Notes: generated by a model from the letters alone, not told the origin. A DNA stretch of 64,000 nucleotides from Octopus sinensis (GCF_006345805.1 NC_043003.1:85374001-85438000); one strand, 5' to 3'. Counted from the first letter of the stretch, positions 39,462-52,214 are shown. Numbers and translations: made by a program.

Positions 39462-39936
39462 AACGTTTATTTGCCACTAGAACATGGCTGCCCTATAAAG
39501 AACTGTTACTACATTTTAACCCCAGGGAAACGTCTTTTCCATCTGGTTAACGACACAACCTGTGTCCGATATATTTTAAGAAAGCGAGTTACTCCCCTTC
39601 AGCTTGGCAAAACCAGTAGACCATGGTTTCTGAGTCTTTACCCTTCATCAGTACTGGACACCTGCCTGCTAGAGATTGCAGTCAGTCGTCCCCATTCACA
39701 ATATTGTGCGTGCCATTTCTAGCAGGCAGATGTCCAGTACCGATGAAGGGTAAATACCCAGAAACCATGGTCTACTTGTCTTGCCAAGCTGGAGGGGAAT
39801 GATTCGCTCCCTTACTCACAATATATCGGACATAGGTTGTGTGTCATTAACCAGCTCAGAAAGACATTTTCCTAGGGTTAAAATGTAATAACATAGTTCT
39901 TTATAGAACAACCATGTTATAGTGGCAAAAAACGTT
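39462..39936. repeat. Fold-back inverted repeat (arms ~220 bp, 30-bp loop); MITE-like
   Basis: 39462-39680 pairs with 39711-39936, e.g. GTAGACCATGGTTTCTG/CAGAAACCATGGTCTAC and CTGCCTGCTAGA/TCTAGCAGGCAG. Confidence 0.9.
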
Positions 39937-40171
39937 ACAAAATAATTACTATTTCATTATACTTCGTAATTTAGCAAATATTCGTAAAAAAAATGGCTTT
40001 AACATTACATCTTTCAATCACAAATTCTTGAGAAAAATGTGTCCTTTTAGTGTTCATACGAAATATTTTATTGAAATGCTGCGATTTAATAAGATAGTCC
40101 ATTTTTTACATTTTTATTTTGTTTTGTTTTGTTTTTTCCTCTCTTATATTTCTCCTTTTTATTCCTTCCAG

Positions 40172-40454
40172 CTGATTACACATTACCGCAGTTACTGGAT
40201 ATATTACTTCAGGTGTTTATGCAATTCGTGATTTTAGCTATTATGTCTCTCCAGACTAATTTGATGTTTATCATTGGATTCGTCTTAGCCTTTATCATAA
40301 TGTATTTGCTTCGCTATATATCAATTGCGGCCGTACGACAATTGAAGCGACTGGAAAACCTCAAGCGCTCAGTTTTACTTGGTCACGTCAATACAACCAC
40401 CAACGGACTTGTGACAATAAACACATTCAACCAAAATGAATTTTTCTTCAAAAG
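40172..40454 (+). CDS. ABCC5: ABCC5-like exon 13: TMD2
   Basis: ccttccAG|CT...AAAAG|GTTTGC; DYTLPQLLD...VRQLKRLENLKRSVLLGHVNTTTNGLVTINTF...; 283 nt. Confidence 0.92.
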
Positions 40455-41598
40455 GTTTGCTTTATTGGTTATTTATTAATTATTTAATATTCGCTATTAA
40501 GAAGTTTGCTTCACAGCCATGTGATTTGGGGTTGAATTTCACTGTACAGAACTCTGAACGTCTGTAATAACCCCGGACCGACCATTGCAGTGTCAGTAAA
40601 CTACGTAGGCGGAAACTGTACGGAAACCTATTATATATGTGTATGTGTATATGAATTGGATTTGTTCTCTTCCTCACTATTTCATAACCGTTGTCGGTTT
40701 CTTTACATTCTTTTATGGAATGAAGCGGTTCAGTAAAAAAAAGTTCGATAGAAGAATAACCAGAGTTAAAATTAGTTCTGGGATCGACTAAATCTTTCAA
40801 AACTATGTCCAAACATGGTCGCGATCCAATGACTGAAAATAGCAAAACAATAAAAAAAAAGAAGAAGAGAAAAAGTATCGAGATCTCTTCGGAAAAAATG
40901 AAAATCACGAAAGATTAACATTCTTAATACAACATATTTCTTTCTCTGTGTGTGTATGTGCGTGCGCGCGTGCGAGCGCGTGATTTTTCCTTTTTCTATT
41001 TATATTCGGGTCCAAAGACTATATGATATACGTCTGGAAAATTTTCTCTAGTCATTGCTTTAGACAATCTTTAATCCCTTAATTGGTAAATAATCTTTAC
41101 ACCAAAATTATACCTTCTTTGTTATGATCTGTTGACTACGTGTTAGACTGTACGTCACACAGGAGGTCTAATACGGCTGAAACATGTCAAGAGTGGTCAC
41201 TAAACTGACTAACGATCACACACCAATTCATGTCTGCATTTAATTTCTAATTTAAATTTTGGAATTCTCTCCCTTGACTTTGAAAAAAATTGTCATAAAC
41301 GCTAACTTCTTTTTATTACTACTTTGATTTCAGTTAACTATAAATCATGTTTGGCGCACTATATTAATTATATTAGTTCCTATTTAACTACGTAAATGTT
41401 ATCTATGCATAGCCTATTCTTTGTTTTGTTGTCGTTGTTGTTTGGTAACATTGACCAGCTCTAACTGATTAGATATTTTCAATCACATAAATATTCGATC
41501 CGTGTAACACAGGTATAACACAGGTTGTGAGATAACCTTGTAGTAATAATGATGATGACAATGACAATGCTAATGATGCTGTTGTTTTTTCACTTCAG

Positions 41599-41785
41599 AT
41601 TTTGTTACCACCACGATGTCGTGTGCTCAGTGGAACTTCTGTTCGATTTCGCCCTCCGTTGGGTGGGAGTTCGGCTAGATCTTACTTTCATATGTATTTT
41701 CGTAGCAGCGGTTTATATTTTTGCTCTCGGTAAAGGCACAATTTCCCCTTCGTTTGCAGCTATGACATTGAACTTTTTAACGCAG
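41599..41785 (+). CDS. ABCC5: ABCC5-like exon 14: TMD2
   Basis: cttcAG|A...CAG|GTAAGC; FCYHHD...LRWVGVRLD...AAMTLNFLTQ; 187 nt. Confidence 0.93.
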
Positions 41786-42368
41786 GTAAGCATTTTCCTG
41801 TATGTAGATGGTGGTCAATATACATTGTTTTACTCTCATGTGAGAAAGATAGAAAGGTAGTGAAGATTATCGTAAACTGAGGAGCAAGGTCCTGGAGAGT
41901 CAAGTAGGCTTCACGATTTCTATTCAAAGTTTTCATCCTACTTACATAAGATAAGACTCTTTACTGAAAAACTTGAAGATCACAATATTGAATTTACTCT
42001 CACCTTATTAATATGACATATTTGGTTTTTCCCCAAATTTTATTTCCATAAATTGGTTACAACAGAAATATGACAGAATGCAGCAACACCCCAACAATTC
42101 AGCAAATCATGGGAAATTACATTAATATTGGGAGCACTATAGTAGTTCTATATGTGACATCTAACACATCATCTTCAACAAAAGGCTTTTCGTAAGGAAA
42201 TATAGAGCAACTGCTTCAAAATTCAACTCTGATCTGTTTGTAAAGAAATATCTGGTAACTTGAACATCTAGCAACCCTTCTTACCAGGATAGCCTGGTGG
42301 GGGTGCCAGTTTAATCGCCGGCAGTTTAGTCCAGTACATACATACATACATACATACATATACATACA

Positions 42369-42400
<32 letters not shown>

Positions 42401-42818
42401 CATACATTACATACATACATACGTACATAGGTGCATTAGGTTATACATCAACAAATTTGCACAAAAACCTAGAAATACTCGGTTTCTCGGAGAAAGCGCA
42501 ACAGAAACTGACACGGATTCTGCAAATCCAATCTATTTGTGGCACAGTGAAGATCTGTAAGACATTCCAAAAATTCCCCGTCTGAGATTCTTATATGAAC
42601 AGATGCACACACTTGGGTGTATGCATCGACAGTTCAATCAACACACAAACTCAACCGCATATTTACAAACACCGGGAACTTTCTTATCTATAAAATGTGT
42701 CGCTGCTATGTTAGCAACCGGATTAAACACTGACAAGGACTCAAAGAAAAATTATACATACATACATAAATTATTTCATTCACTCATTCATTCATTGGTT
42801 TGCTGTGATTATTTTCAG

Positions 42819-42908
42819 ATTCTCAACATGTCCCAATTCCTTATCCGGATTATCAATGACACGGAATCAAGGTTTACAATTATTGAACGCTTAAATCAAT
42901 TTCGCTCT
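42819..42908 (+). CDS. ABCC5: ABCC5-like exon 15: end of TMD2
   Basis: ttttcAG|ATT...TCT|GTAAGT; ILNMSQFLIRIINDTESRFTIIERLNQFRS; 90 nt. Confidence 0.93.
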
Positions 42909-43181
42909 GTAAGTATTGCACTACCTTATGATCTACTACTGACTTCCATTGATTATTACACTTACATGACAACCAGTATTGGAGTGTTTACGTCCCCGTA
43001 ACTTTGCAGTTCGGCAAAAGTACCCGATAGAATAAGTACCAGGTTTAAATAAAAAGAAATAAGTACTGGTGTCGATTCATTCAACTAAAATTCTTCAAGG
43101 CGGTGCCCCAGCATGGCCGCAGTCTAATGACTGAAACAAGTAAAAGATAAAGATAGTATGGTTGTCTTTGCTTTTGGTGTG

Positions 43182-43212
<31 letters not shown>

Positions 43213-46200
43213 TGTGTGTGTGTGTGTATTACAAATATTGTTTTCTCATGACTAAGAATGACATTAACTAAAGCAAGGACTCGATTCCTGAAATAGATTT
43301 TAAGTGTTGACTGCGACTTCGAAGTTACGCCGGGAAATGTTAAGTAAATCATAAATATGTTGAATGGAACGTAACGTATATATAAAGCTATGAGATTTTA
43401 AGAGTCGAAAAGATGTACACAAAAGGGCAATTCAATGCAAGAAAGTTCCATTTGAGGCATTTCTTTATTAAAGAAAGCATTCAAGGTAAATTATTACATT
43501 CATATAAAGTGATATAAGATGTTGCCTTGCTCGATAGCCGCTCCGAACTTACCTCGTCGTGCAAAGATCGGGTTTCCCAAATGACAAAATATTTCAGATT
43601 CACTAATTTTTCTGTTTGGTATCCCTTCCTTCTCTCTCGTTGCATTTCACTATTCTTTTAATATGCCTTTGGAATGATCCTTATGTCTTACACAATTTCT
43701 GGCCCCGGTATAGCAATTTGTTTAGGTCCTGTACGTGAGTTGTACTGTTGAGAAGGTGGTAATAGCGAGCCGCTTGAAACTTTCAAGAAGAGAATTTTCA
43801 TGTTGTTCCCTTCTGTTCATCTGCATACGGCAATTAGGACCTTCTCTGCGCATTTAATATATTCAGTGCATTTTAGTATTTTAGTTTCATCAGCACAGTT
43901 TGTGTTGACTGTGTTGACAACTGATAGTAAACCTGATAGCTCCAAGACAATCCCTTCTAATTCTTTGCCCTGAATAGTTGGCACTTCAAGAGAGGGTATC
44001 TCTGGATGCAATTACTTGATTTCTATCTTTTTACATTTCTTATAACTTCATGTAAAGTTATAGCATTGAAAATATAACTTTTCCATGAAAATCTGATGAT
44101 TCAGATATTTGCTAGTGTACGAGCGGTGTTTTGAACATACTACTGAGTTTCTGACTGAGTATTTGATTTACCTTATTAGAATGTGTAACACAGAGTCGTT
44201 TCTTTTCCGAAACTGTAAATATTATTGCCATCAAATAACATTATGCTGTCTTAGAAAAAAAATGAATAATATAGTGAGAGACATACGATGTTTGAAAAAA
44301 ATATACAAGATCAGCAATGCCTGAAAAAGAATTGAGATGGCCATGGCTAGAATTACTTTGATCATAGCTTTTCTTTATCAAGGTTATCCTCAATCTGATC
44401 AACAATATTGTTTTATTACATTATTCGCATAAGCCATAAAATATCATTTTCACAGCTTATTCTTTCTTCTTTATACAAAACACTATCAAGATTTACCACA
44501 ATATAAAGTCATCGTGAACAGCTAATTCATTACAGTCTACACTCTTCTACCAGTTCTGACACGTTCAAATCTCACCTGAGTGTCAAGTTTGGTGGTTAAG
44601 TCTTCTACTGAGTAAATCACAATAGTTTATAAAATATCTACTTTACGAGAGAAGTGTTTTGTCAATGCTTGTGTTCTTGAAAGACGTAAAACAATACATC
44701 ACACAATTCCCAAATGTATTTTTGTGTCTTTTTATTGGCATTAGTTTTTTGTTGTTGTTGTTTTTTCATACATTACTCACAAAAGCAACATAGATCTTGC
44801 ACTTTCGTGTTTTCTTTGTATTAGCTGGATTTAAATTTACATTAGCTACAATAAAATTTCCTACTTACTTTCAACTGATTTTAATATTTCGGCAAGAGGT
44901 AAAAGCATGACAAGGTAGACTGAGACAACTTTCATCCCCCCAATATTTTCTGAAAATTTCACTTACGCCCCTGAGCTCCTTATTTCCTACCCTTTTAAAT
45001 TGCCTTCAGAATCCTTACTTTGTTCAAACTACTGGCTTTCATTCCAAACATTAGTCCTAGAGGAAGCCTTTTTTTTTCTTTTTCTTTAGTACATTTTGAA
45101 ATTCTGTTTTTATTTCCTAAACTCTTTTATCTTATCCTTATTTAATTTTTCTCCGCTGTAGTCAGCTTTTAGTATGTTTTGTTTCCTTATGTAGAAAGAA
45201 AACTGAAGTTTTCTTCATATTCCCCATAATTACACAAATCAATTTCTCTTTTCTTGTAAGTAATTTTCCAGTCCCATTGTTATTACTTTGTATTTGCCTT
45301 GTGTGCAATGTAAGTATATTCTATATATCTATATTTATATCTTTAAGGTAGCCTCTGAACGCTGTCAGTAGTCTCTCAAACTTTTTTGTTTGTTTGCTTT
45401 TGCTTATGCTTTTCAATTTATTTCATCTTTTATGCTGAAGTAATTTATAAGTGGGATTACTTTTCTATAATAGTCTTTTCGAACTTTTTTCGTTGGTTCT
45501 GTTCTGATACTCTGATTTTGATCTCTGTATCTAATCCAATGTTGTTAATTTTAGTTAATTTGTCTCTTTATATGGTAGCTTTGGCGCATTTGTTTAGACT
45601 CCTTCCCATTTTCAAATCCCAGTAAAATTCATGAGCAAGTCCTTGTAGGTTCTCCGTGTATTGACTTTTGTAAATAGTTTTAATTCATTTCTGTACAGGG
45701 AGATGTTTTATAATGTGTTCATAGCATTTATAACGATTGCTGGTATCATTCAATATATTTGTTAATGCAATCAAAGTTATGCAGAATAGAAGAGATGATA
45801 AGCAGTCTCTTGGAATATTCTTCATATGGCTACAAGGTTGGTATTATTCAGCTCTTTGCTGTATAATATGTTTGTTTTCCAATTTGACATGAATGCGGTT
45901 TAGTGTACTGAATTAATAGTATAGCTGGTTTATATTAAGCATCCCTAGTACACAAAAGTATATGTATCAAATGATTTTTTGGTAATCAATTTTTTTTCTT
46001 TTAGCCGTCCTTTATAATAGCATCTCTTTAGGGCCATACACTCTCTTCCGGCACTCTCTGTTCCTAGAGTAAGATATTGCTTCCCATATGAACAGCAAAC
46101 CAGCTTGTAGAGTACAGATGAAAGGATTTTGTAGGTTGTTGGTCAACAAGCTATGAGCCTGTATTTTTGTGGTCCCCGTATTTTTATACGGGGGAGTTGA

Positions 46201-46667
46201 TATTGTTTTCCCTTCCAGGAACCATTGAAATATTGACCGTTTACCTGCTTTTTGAATACTGCCGCTTTCGATCATAAGTTTTGAACGGGGATTCCAATCA
46301 GAAATCGGAGATTTTACTAATCCCGGGTGCTTTCAATTTTCTAGCAGTTTTTAGATTTGTCGAGTTGTTTGCTAGCTTTTCTGATCTGTGTTCGCGGTGC
46401 TAATATATTTTTCATACTATCCTTTTTTGTGGTGGGGTGGTTGGATTCAGCGCTTCTGAACAACATGTTACATAACCTCTAAATTGTGATCGTATGAAAC
46501 TTACGCTATGAAATCAGCAAACATCCTTGCCCAACAGATAATGGTTTTGTTACCGTTTCGTCTCTTAGTGAACATGGCTGATCAGGTTTTAAATAGCTTT
46601 GGTTTTATTTTCAGTTGGGTCGCTTTATTTTCTTTGTATTTCATACTAGTTCGTTATTTTCGGGATT

Positions 46668-47078
46668 TACTCTTTACTCTTTTACTTGTTTCAGTCATTT
46701 GACTGCGGTCATGCTGGAGCACCGCCTTTAGTCGAGCAAATCGACCCCGGGACTTATTCTTTGTAAGCCCAGTACTTATTCTATCGGTCTCTTTTGCCGA
46801 ACCGCTAAGTGACGGGGACGTAAACACACCAGCATCGGTTGTCAGGCAATGCTAGGGGGACAAACACAGACACACAAACACACACACATATATATTTATA
46901 TATATACATATATACGACAGGCTTCTTTCAGTTTCCGTCTACCAAATCCACTCACAAGGCTTTGGTCGGCCCGAGGCTATAGCAGAAGACACTTGCCCAA
47001 GATGCCACGCAGTGGGACTGAACCCGGAACCATATGGTTGGTTAGCAAGCTACTTACCACACAGTCACTCCTGCGCCT
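46668..47078 (-). mobile_element. SINE family A, full copy
   Basis: Near-identical to 1578-1982. Confidence 0.88.
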
Positions 47079-47395
47079 TGTTTAAAAAATATTTTGTGTG
47101 ATAATCACGTGTTAGTCATAAAAAAAGAATAATTTTTATTTAATGGTCATCCATATAGTATAACTTCCTTTATTTTTTATTTTTAATTGCTTTTCTTATG
47201 CTTCAACAGACAGCTATGTTTCCACGAACGCATTAGATTATTAAGGCAAACCAGAAGAATAGTTGGAGTATCGGAAAAAATGCTTTGTGATATTTGATCC
47301 TGCTCTTTTTGCTGTGAGCTCAAATCTCAGCGAGGTGAACTTTGCTTCTCATCCCTCCAGGATGGATAAGCTGGAGTACCAGTCAAGTTTTGGGT

Positions 47396-47630
47396 TGATG
47401 GCGAGCTGGCAGAAACGTTAGCACGCCGGGCGAAATGCATAGCCGTATTTCGTCTGTCGTTACGTTCTGAGTTCAAATTCCGCCGAGGTCGACTTTGCCT
47501 TTCATCCTTTCGGGGTCGATTAAATAAGTACCAGTTACGCACTGGGGTCGATATAATCGACTTAACCCGTTTGTCTGTCCTTGTTCGTCCTCTCTGTGTT
47601 TAGCCCCTTGTGGGTAGTAAAGAAATAGGT
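47396..47630 (+). mobile_element. SINE family B, full young copy inside an older B remnant
   Basis: A and B boxes, GCCTTTCATCCTTTCGGGGTCGAT body, GTAAAGAAATAGG tail. Confidence 0.88.
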
Positions 47631-48205
47631 ACATACTTACCCTCTCCCCTAAAAAGTGTTGACCTTCTGTCTAAATCAGAAACCATTTGTCTGGTGGCTA
47701 TAGCGAAAGAGGTTGTATAGTGGAAAAAATTGAAGGGGCTGAAGACAAACTCGTTTCTCATTTCTTTTTGACCAATCCCTCATCAACTTCTCCAAGTTTC
47801 ACTTGAAAAGAAAATAAGGGTGGAGAAGGAAGTGTGAGGGGAGTGTTTCCTTCTAGCCATTTTGCTGAAAGGTGAATGAGATTGGCGAGAATGGTACAAG
47901 TGAATGGGCCTTCCCTGAGCATAGGCCTATAATCGGAGAAGAGGAAATGAGAAAAGGCACCGGCCTCTGGTTTTATGGGGATTTTCCATGAGCAGCCCTC
48001 AAACGTCTCTTCCCTATTAAGGATTATACATTGTTAAATATTTTTATTACGTTAAACCTGTTTACACGCAAAACCCTCACAACACACGCTCATACACATA
48101 CACACACACATTCTTTGTTTTGTCCTGTACCATCCATAATGTTTCTCTTAATGTAAATTCTTTGTGGCTAATAAAGAAATCATTATTTTTATTTTTATTT
48201 TTATT

Positions 48206-48238
<33 letters not shown>

Positions 48239-48322
48239 ATCATCGTCAACATTGTCATTGTCGTTATGATCATAATCTTCATCATGAAATCCACTTATGC
48301 ACTTTCAATATTTCCATTCAAG

Positions 48323-48509
48323 TTGACTCCCGAAATTACAGATGAGGCCAGAAATATACCAAAAAAAAACAATTGGCCCAGAACAGGAGACATTAGATTT
48401 TCAGGAGTTTGGATGAAATACAGAGAGGATATGAAATACATCTTCAAAGATGTCTCCTTTCACGTCCGTGACAATGAAAAGATTGGTATCGTGGGTCGTA
48501 CTGGCGCCG
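48323..48509 (+). CDS. ABCC5: ABCC5-like exon 16: NBD2 start and first half of Walker A
   Basis: ttccattcaAG|TTG...GCCG|GTAAGA; LTPE...NWPRTGDIRF...KIGIVGRTGA. Confidence 0.93.
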
Positions 48510-49316
48510 GTAAGACAACATTAGTTTGATTATTATCATTATTATTATTATTATTATTATTATTGTAGCTGTTTTTGCTATTGTTGTTGCTACTGTTGCT
48601 AAAGCGAACAAACGTCACTCGGAGAGAAATTTTTAACTGGATTGCATTGTGAAAAAAAATGCGGTTTCCATTAGACTTCAGATTGAAGGTTTATTCTCAG
48701 GTAACGGGATAGAAGAACGATCTCTCTCTTTAGAAATTTCCTTATAGTTTACCTTTTTTTCTTTTTCTTTTTTTTAGCAAATAACATTTGCAATATTTAC
48801 AAGAAATTACAAGATGACCACATGAATGTAGCTGGACGAGAGTTTGCTGCAGTTTCGGTTGTAGTAACACACTGAGATCTTATTTTCAAAGAAAGAAAGA
48901 AAGAAAGATCAAATTTTCAAACGTTCAATCTTAAATACATTTGCGTTGGTCGATGACAAAGCAAAATGATGTTAGAAATATTGATTTGAAGAAAGAAATG
49001 ATACGATCAGCAACATCAACAGTAACTGCATTCAATGCTTCGCAAATGTTATAAGTCAAAAAGAATGACTTAAATTGAGCCAATTCTAGAAAAATTAGGA
49101 GTGGATGATGTATGTCACAAAAAAAATTAGTTCCCCTTACTCGATAAATTTATTTAGGAAAATATGAGGGAAAAAAGTGTTATTCAAGGAATATAGGAAC
49201 TTATGTTCCCTCTAAAGGGGTGTTGGGAGAACCCTGGCTAATGTCTGACAAGATGCGTGTTCTATCGACCGAAGCAGAGTATATTGAAGTGAACATTTGG
49301 TTTTTAAAGCTTGGAA

Positions 49317-50135
49317 TAGTGGTTCTCAACCGGAGTCCATATGGCCCTCGGGGATCCATATACGATTTTATTAAAATTTACCTGCAATAAATTGGCTAGA
49401 CTCCTATTGGGTTGTCCGGAAAGTTCGTGCCGATTTTTAAAGGAAAGAAAAAGGTCAATAAATATTTGCCATTACATTTTTAATCAGCCAAATATAAACC
49501 ATTTTGTTGCACAATGCATCTCCATCTTTCCTTTAACTTGAAAAAACCCTCTTCCCAGAATTGGGGTGGTTTCATGGCAAAAAATTCATCAAGGTATCTT
49601 TTTACGTCATCCAAGGAATTGAAATTTTTACCATTAAGACTATTCTGCAGAGACCTGGAAAAGTGGAAATCCGAAGGAGCAATATCTGGTGAATATGGAG
49701 GGTGGGGTAACACATCCCAGCCGAGCTGCAGCAATTTTTGTCTGGTTCCCAAAGCATCAAGCGCCGAAAATGAACTTTCTTATCTTCCATTTTAAAGGGT
49801 TACAGAATTAACACAAGTTATAGGAACATAAATCTTCTTCCACGAAAAGATAGCTTAAACTGTGCTCTAAATGGAGGTGTAGTCAAATCCTATTTTATGG
49901 ACTCAACCACGTTCTAAAATAAGTCGAAAGCTAAGCTACTATAAATCGGCACGAACTTTCCGGACAACTCAATACAATAAATAAAATATCTTAGCAATTT
50001 TTTTTATAACACTTCTAAATAATAATTAATCATAAAAATATATGATATTTTGGGACATCGAAGGGCTATGGGGTCCATCTAAGTAAAATAGGAATCAAAG
50101 GGGGTCAATAAGCAAAAAATGGTTGAGAAACACTG
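49317..50135. mobile_element. hAT (Charlie-like) MITE interrupted by a mariner derivative
   Basis: TIRs TAGTGGTTCTCAACC / GGTTGAGAAACACTG; 8-bp flanks GCTTGGAA and GCCTAGAA (6/8 match). Confidence 0.8.
49407..49972 (-). mobile_element. Internally deleted mariner (566 bp)
   Basis: TA-flanked TIRs TTG(G/A)GTTGTCCGGAAAGTTCGTGCCGATTT; MEDKKVHFR start fused to GWDVLPHPPYSPDIAPSDFHF. Confidence 0.92.
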
Positions 50136-50299
50136 GCCTAGAACAAGGTAGACAGGTAGAGTTGATGCGCCACACCCCTAACCACAGGGGAGATTCACTT
50201 GAAGTAGGTACTTAAGTTGAAGCATCAAGTCAGTGCGGTATTCTCCGTACAACTCAAAGTAAGGTGAATAAAATCAAAATAAGCAACAGGATATCAAAA

Positions 50300-52214
50300 G
50301 GATATAAGCCTCTGTACCGGGCTTTCATTGACATGGAGAAAGACTTTGACAGGGTCCCTCGATACCTTATTTGGTAGTCAATGTGGAAAATAGGGATAGA
50401 TCAGTGGTTAGTGAGAGCTGTACAAGCGATGTAAAGGGATGGTGTCAGTAAGGTGAGGGTTGGCAACGAGTACAGGGAAGAATTCGGGATAGGAATAGGG
50501 GTTCACCAAGGATCAGTCCTCAGCCCCCTCTTATTCATCATAGTCCTCCAGACAATAACAGGAATTCAAGACAAGATGCCCCTGGGAGCTTCTCTATGAT
50601 GGTGACCTTGCTCTAATTGCTGAGTTACTATCAGAACTAGAGGAGAATTTTCAGGTGTGAAAGCAAGATCTAGAATCGAGGGGCCTTAGAGTCACTGTAG
50701 CAAAAACCAAATTCTTTAATAAGGAAAGCGGACAAACCACAAATCCACCCCCACTACTGACTTGGTCACCTAGGTAACGGACGCTATCAACTACTTTAGT
50801 TTTCTCCCGCTAGAATGTGATGGAAGCTGTTTTCTGCACATTTTCAATGTTTATTGCTCCTGAGCATTTGCCACACACAAAAACTATCTTCCCAGTTAAC
50901 CTTCCTTTGATATTGCTGCACCTCTTATGTGTTCATAGCTTACACCGGGTACACCTTAAAGGAGTGTCTACCTACGCCTTTTCTACAGGTATATATATAT
51001 AGGTGTACCCGGTGTAAGCTATGAACACATAAGAGGTGCAGTAATATCAAAGGAAGGTTAACTGGGAAGATAGTTTTTGTGTGTGGCAAATGCTCAGGAG
51101 CAATAAACACTGAAAATGTGCAGAAAACAGCTTCCATCACATTCTAGGTGGGGAAACTAAAGTAGTTGATAGCTTCCGTTTCCTAGGTGACCAAGTCAGT
51201 AGTTGGGGTAGATGCTCTGAGAGTGTAGCTGCTAGAATAAGAATAGCCTGGGCAAAGTTCAGAGAACTCCTACTTCTGCTGGTGACAAAGGGCCTCTCGC
51301 TCAGATAAAAGGTAATCTGTATGACGCATGTGTGCAAACAGCCATGCTACATGGCAATGAAACATGGGCCGTGACTGCTGAAGATATGCGTAAGCTTGCA
51401 AGGAATGAAGCTAGTATGCTCTGCTGGATGTCTAATGTCAGTGTGCATACACGACAGAGTGTAAGTGCCTTGAGAGAAAAGTTGGACATAAGAAGCATCA
51501 GATATGGTGTGCAAGAGAGACAACTGCGTTTGTATAGTCATTTGTTGCGTATCGATAAGGACAAATGTATGAAAAAGTGTCACACCCTAGCAGTAGAGGG
51601 AACCTGTGGAAGATGTAGACCCAGGAAGACCTGGGATGAGATGTTGAAGCACGACTTTCGAATGTTGGATCTCACCGAGGCGATGACAAGTGACCAACAA
51701 CTTTGGAGATATGCTGTGCTTGAGAAGACCCGGCAAGCCATATGAAACCGTAACTGTGGCCAGTGTAACATAACCAGCCCATTTCAGAGTACCCTTCGAT
51801 TATTGGGCAATAAACTACGCTTGCGAAGACCTGTTGAGGCAAGTGATGTCTTTGTCGTGGCCGATGACAGTACCGCTTGATTGGCACATGTGTCCGTGAT
51901 ACGTAAAAAGCACCATTCGAGTGTGGTCGTTACCAGTGCTGCCTAACTGGCTCCCGTGCCGGTGGCATGTAAAAAGCACCATTTAAGCGTGGCCTGTGCC
52001 AGTACCGCCTAACTGGCCCTCGTGTCGATGGTAAGTAAAAAGCACCCACTACACTCTCGAAGTGAGTAGCGTTAGGAAGGGCATCCAGCTGTAGAAATAT
52101 TGTCAGATTGGATTGGAGCCTGGTGCAGTCTTCTTGCTTGCCAGCCCTCAGTCAAACCGTCCACTACATGCCAGCATGGAAAGCGGATGTTAAACGACGA
52201 TGATGATGATGATG
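50300..52214 (+). mobile_element. RTE LINE 3' ~1.9 kb, degraded, with internal inverted duplication
   Basis: AFIDMEKDFDRVP, GVHQGSVLSPLLF, LLYDGDLAL, FLGD, MLHGNETW, QLRLYSHLLR, GRCRPRKTW; (GAT)n tail. Confidence 0.88.

Noticed and set aside
43400-46480. Possible decayed LINE endonuclease region on the minus strand
   Set aside because: Only faint motif-like traces; I could not establish a frame or boundaries by eye.
48510-48529. Intron read-through completing a second Walker A (GRTGAGKTTLV*)
   Set aside because: The GTAAG donor itself encodes G-K; the true continuation GKSSL is in exon 17, so this is most likely coincidence.
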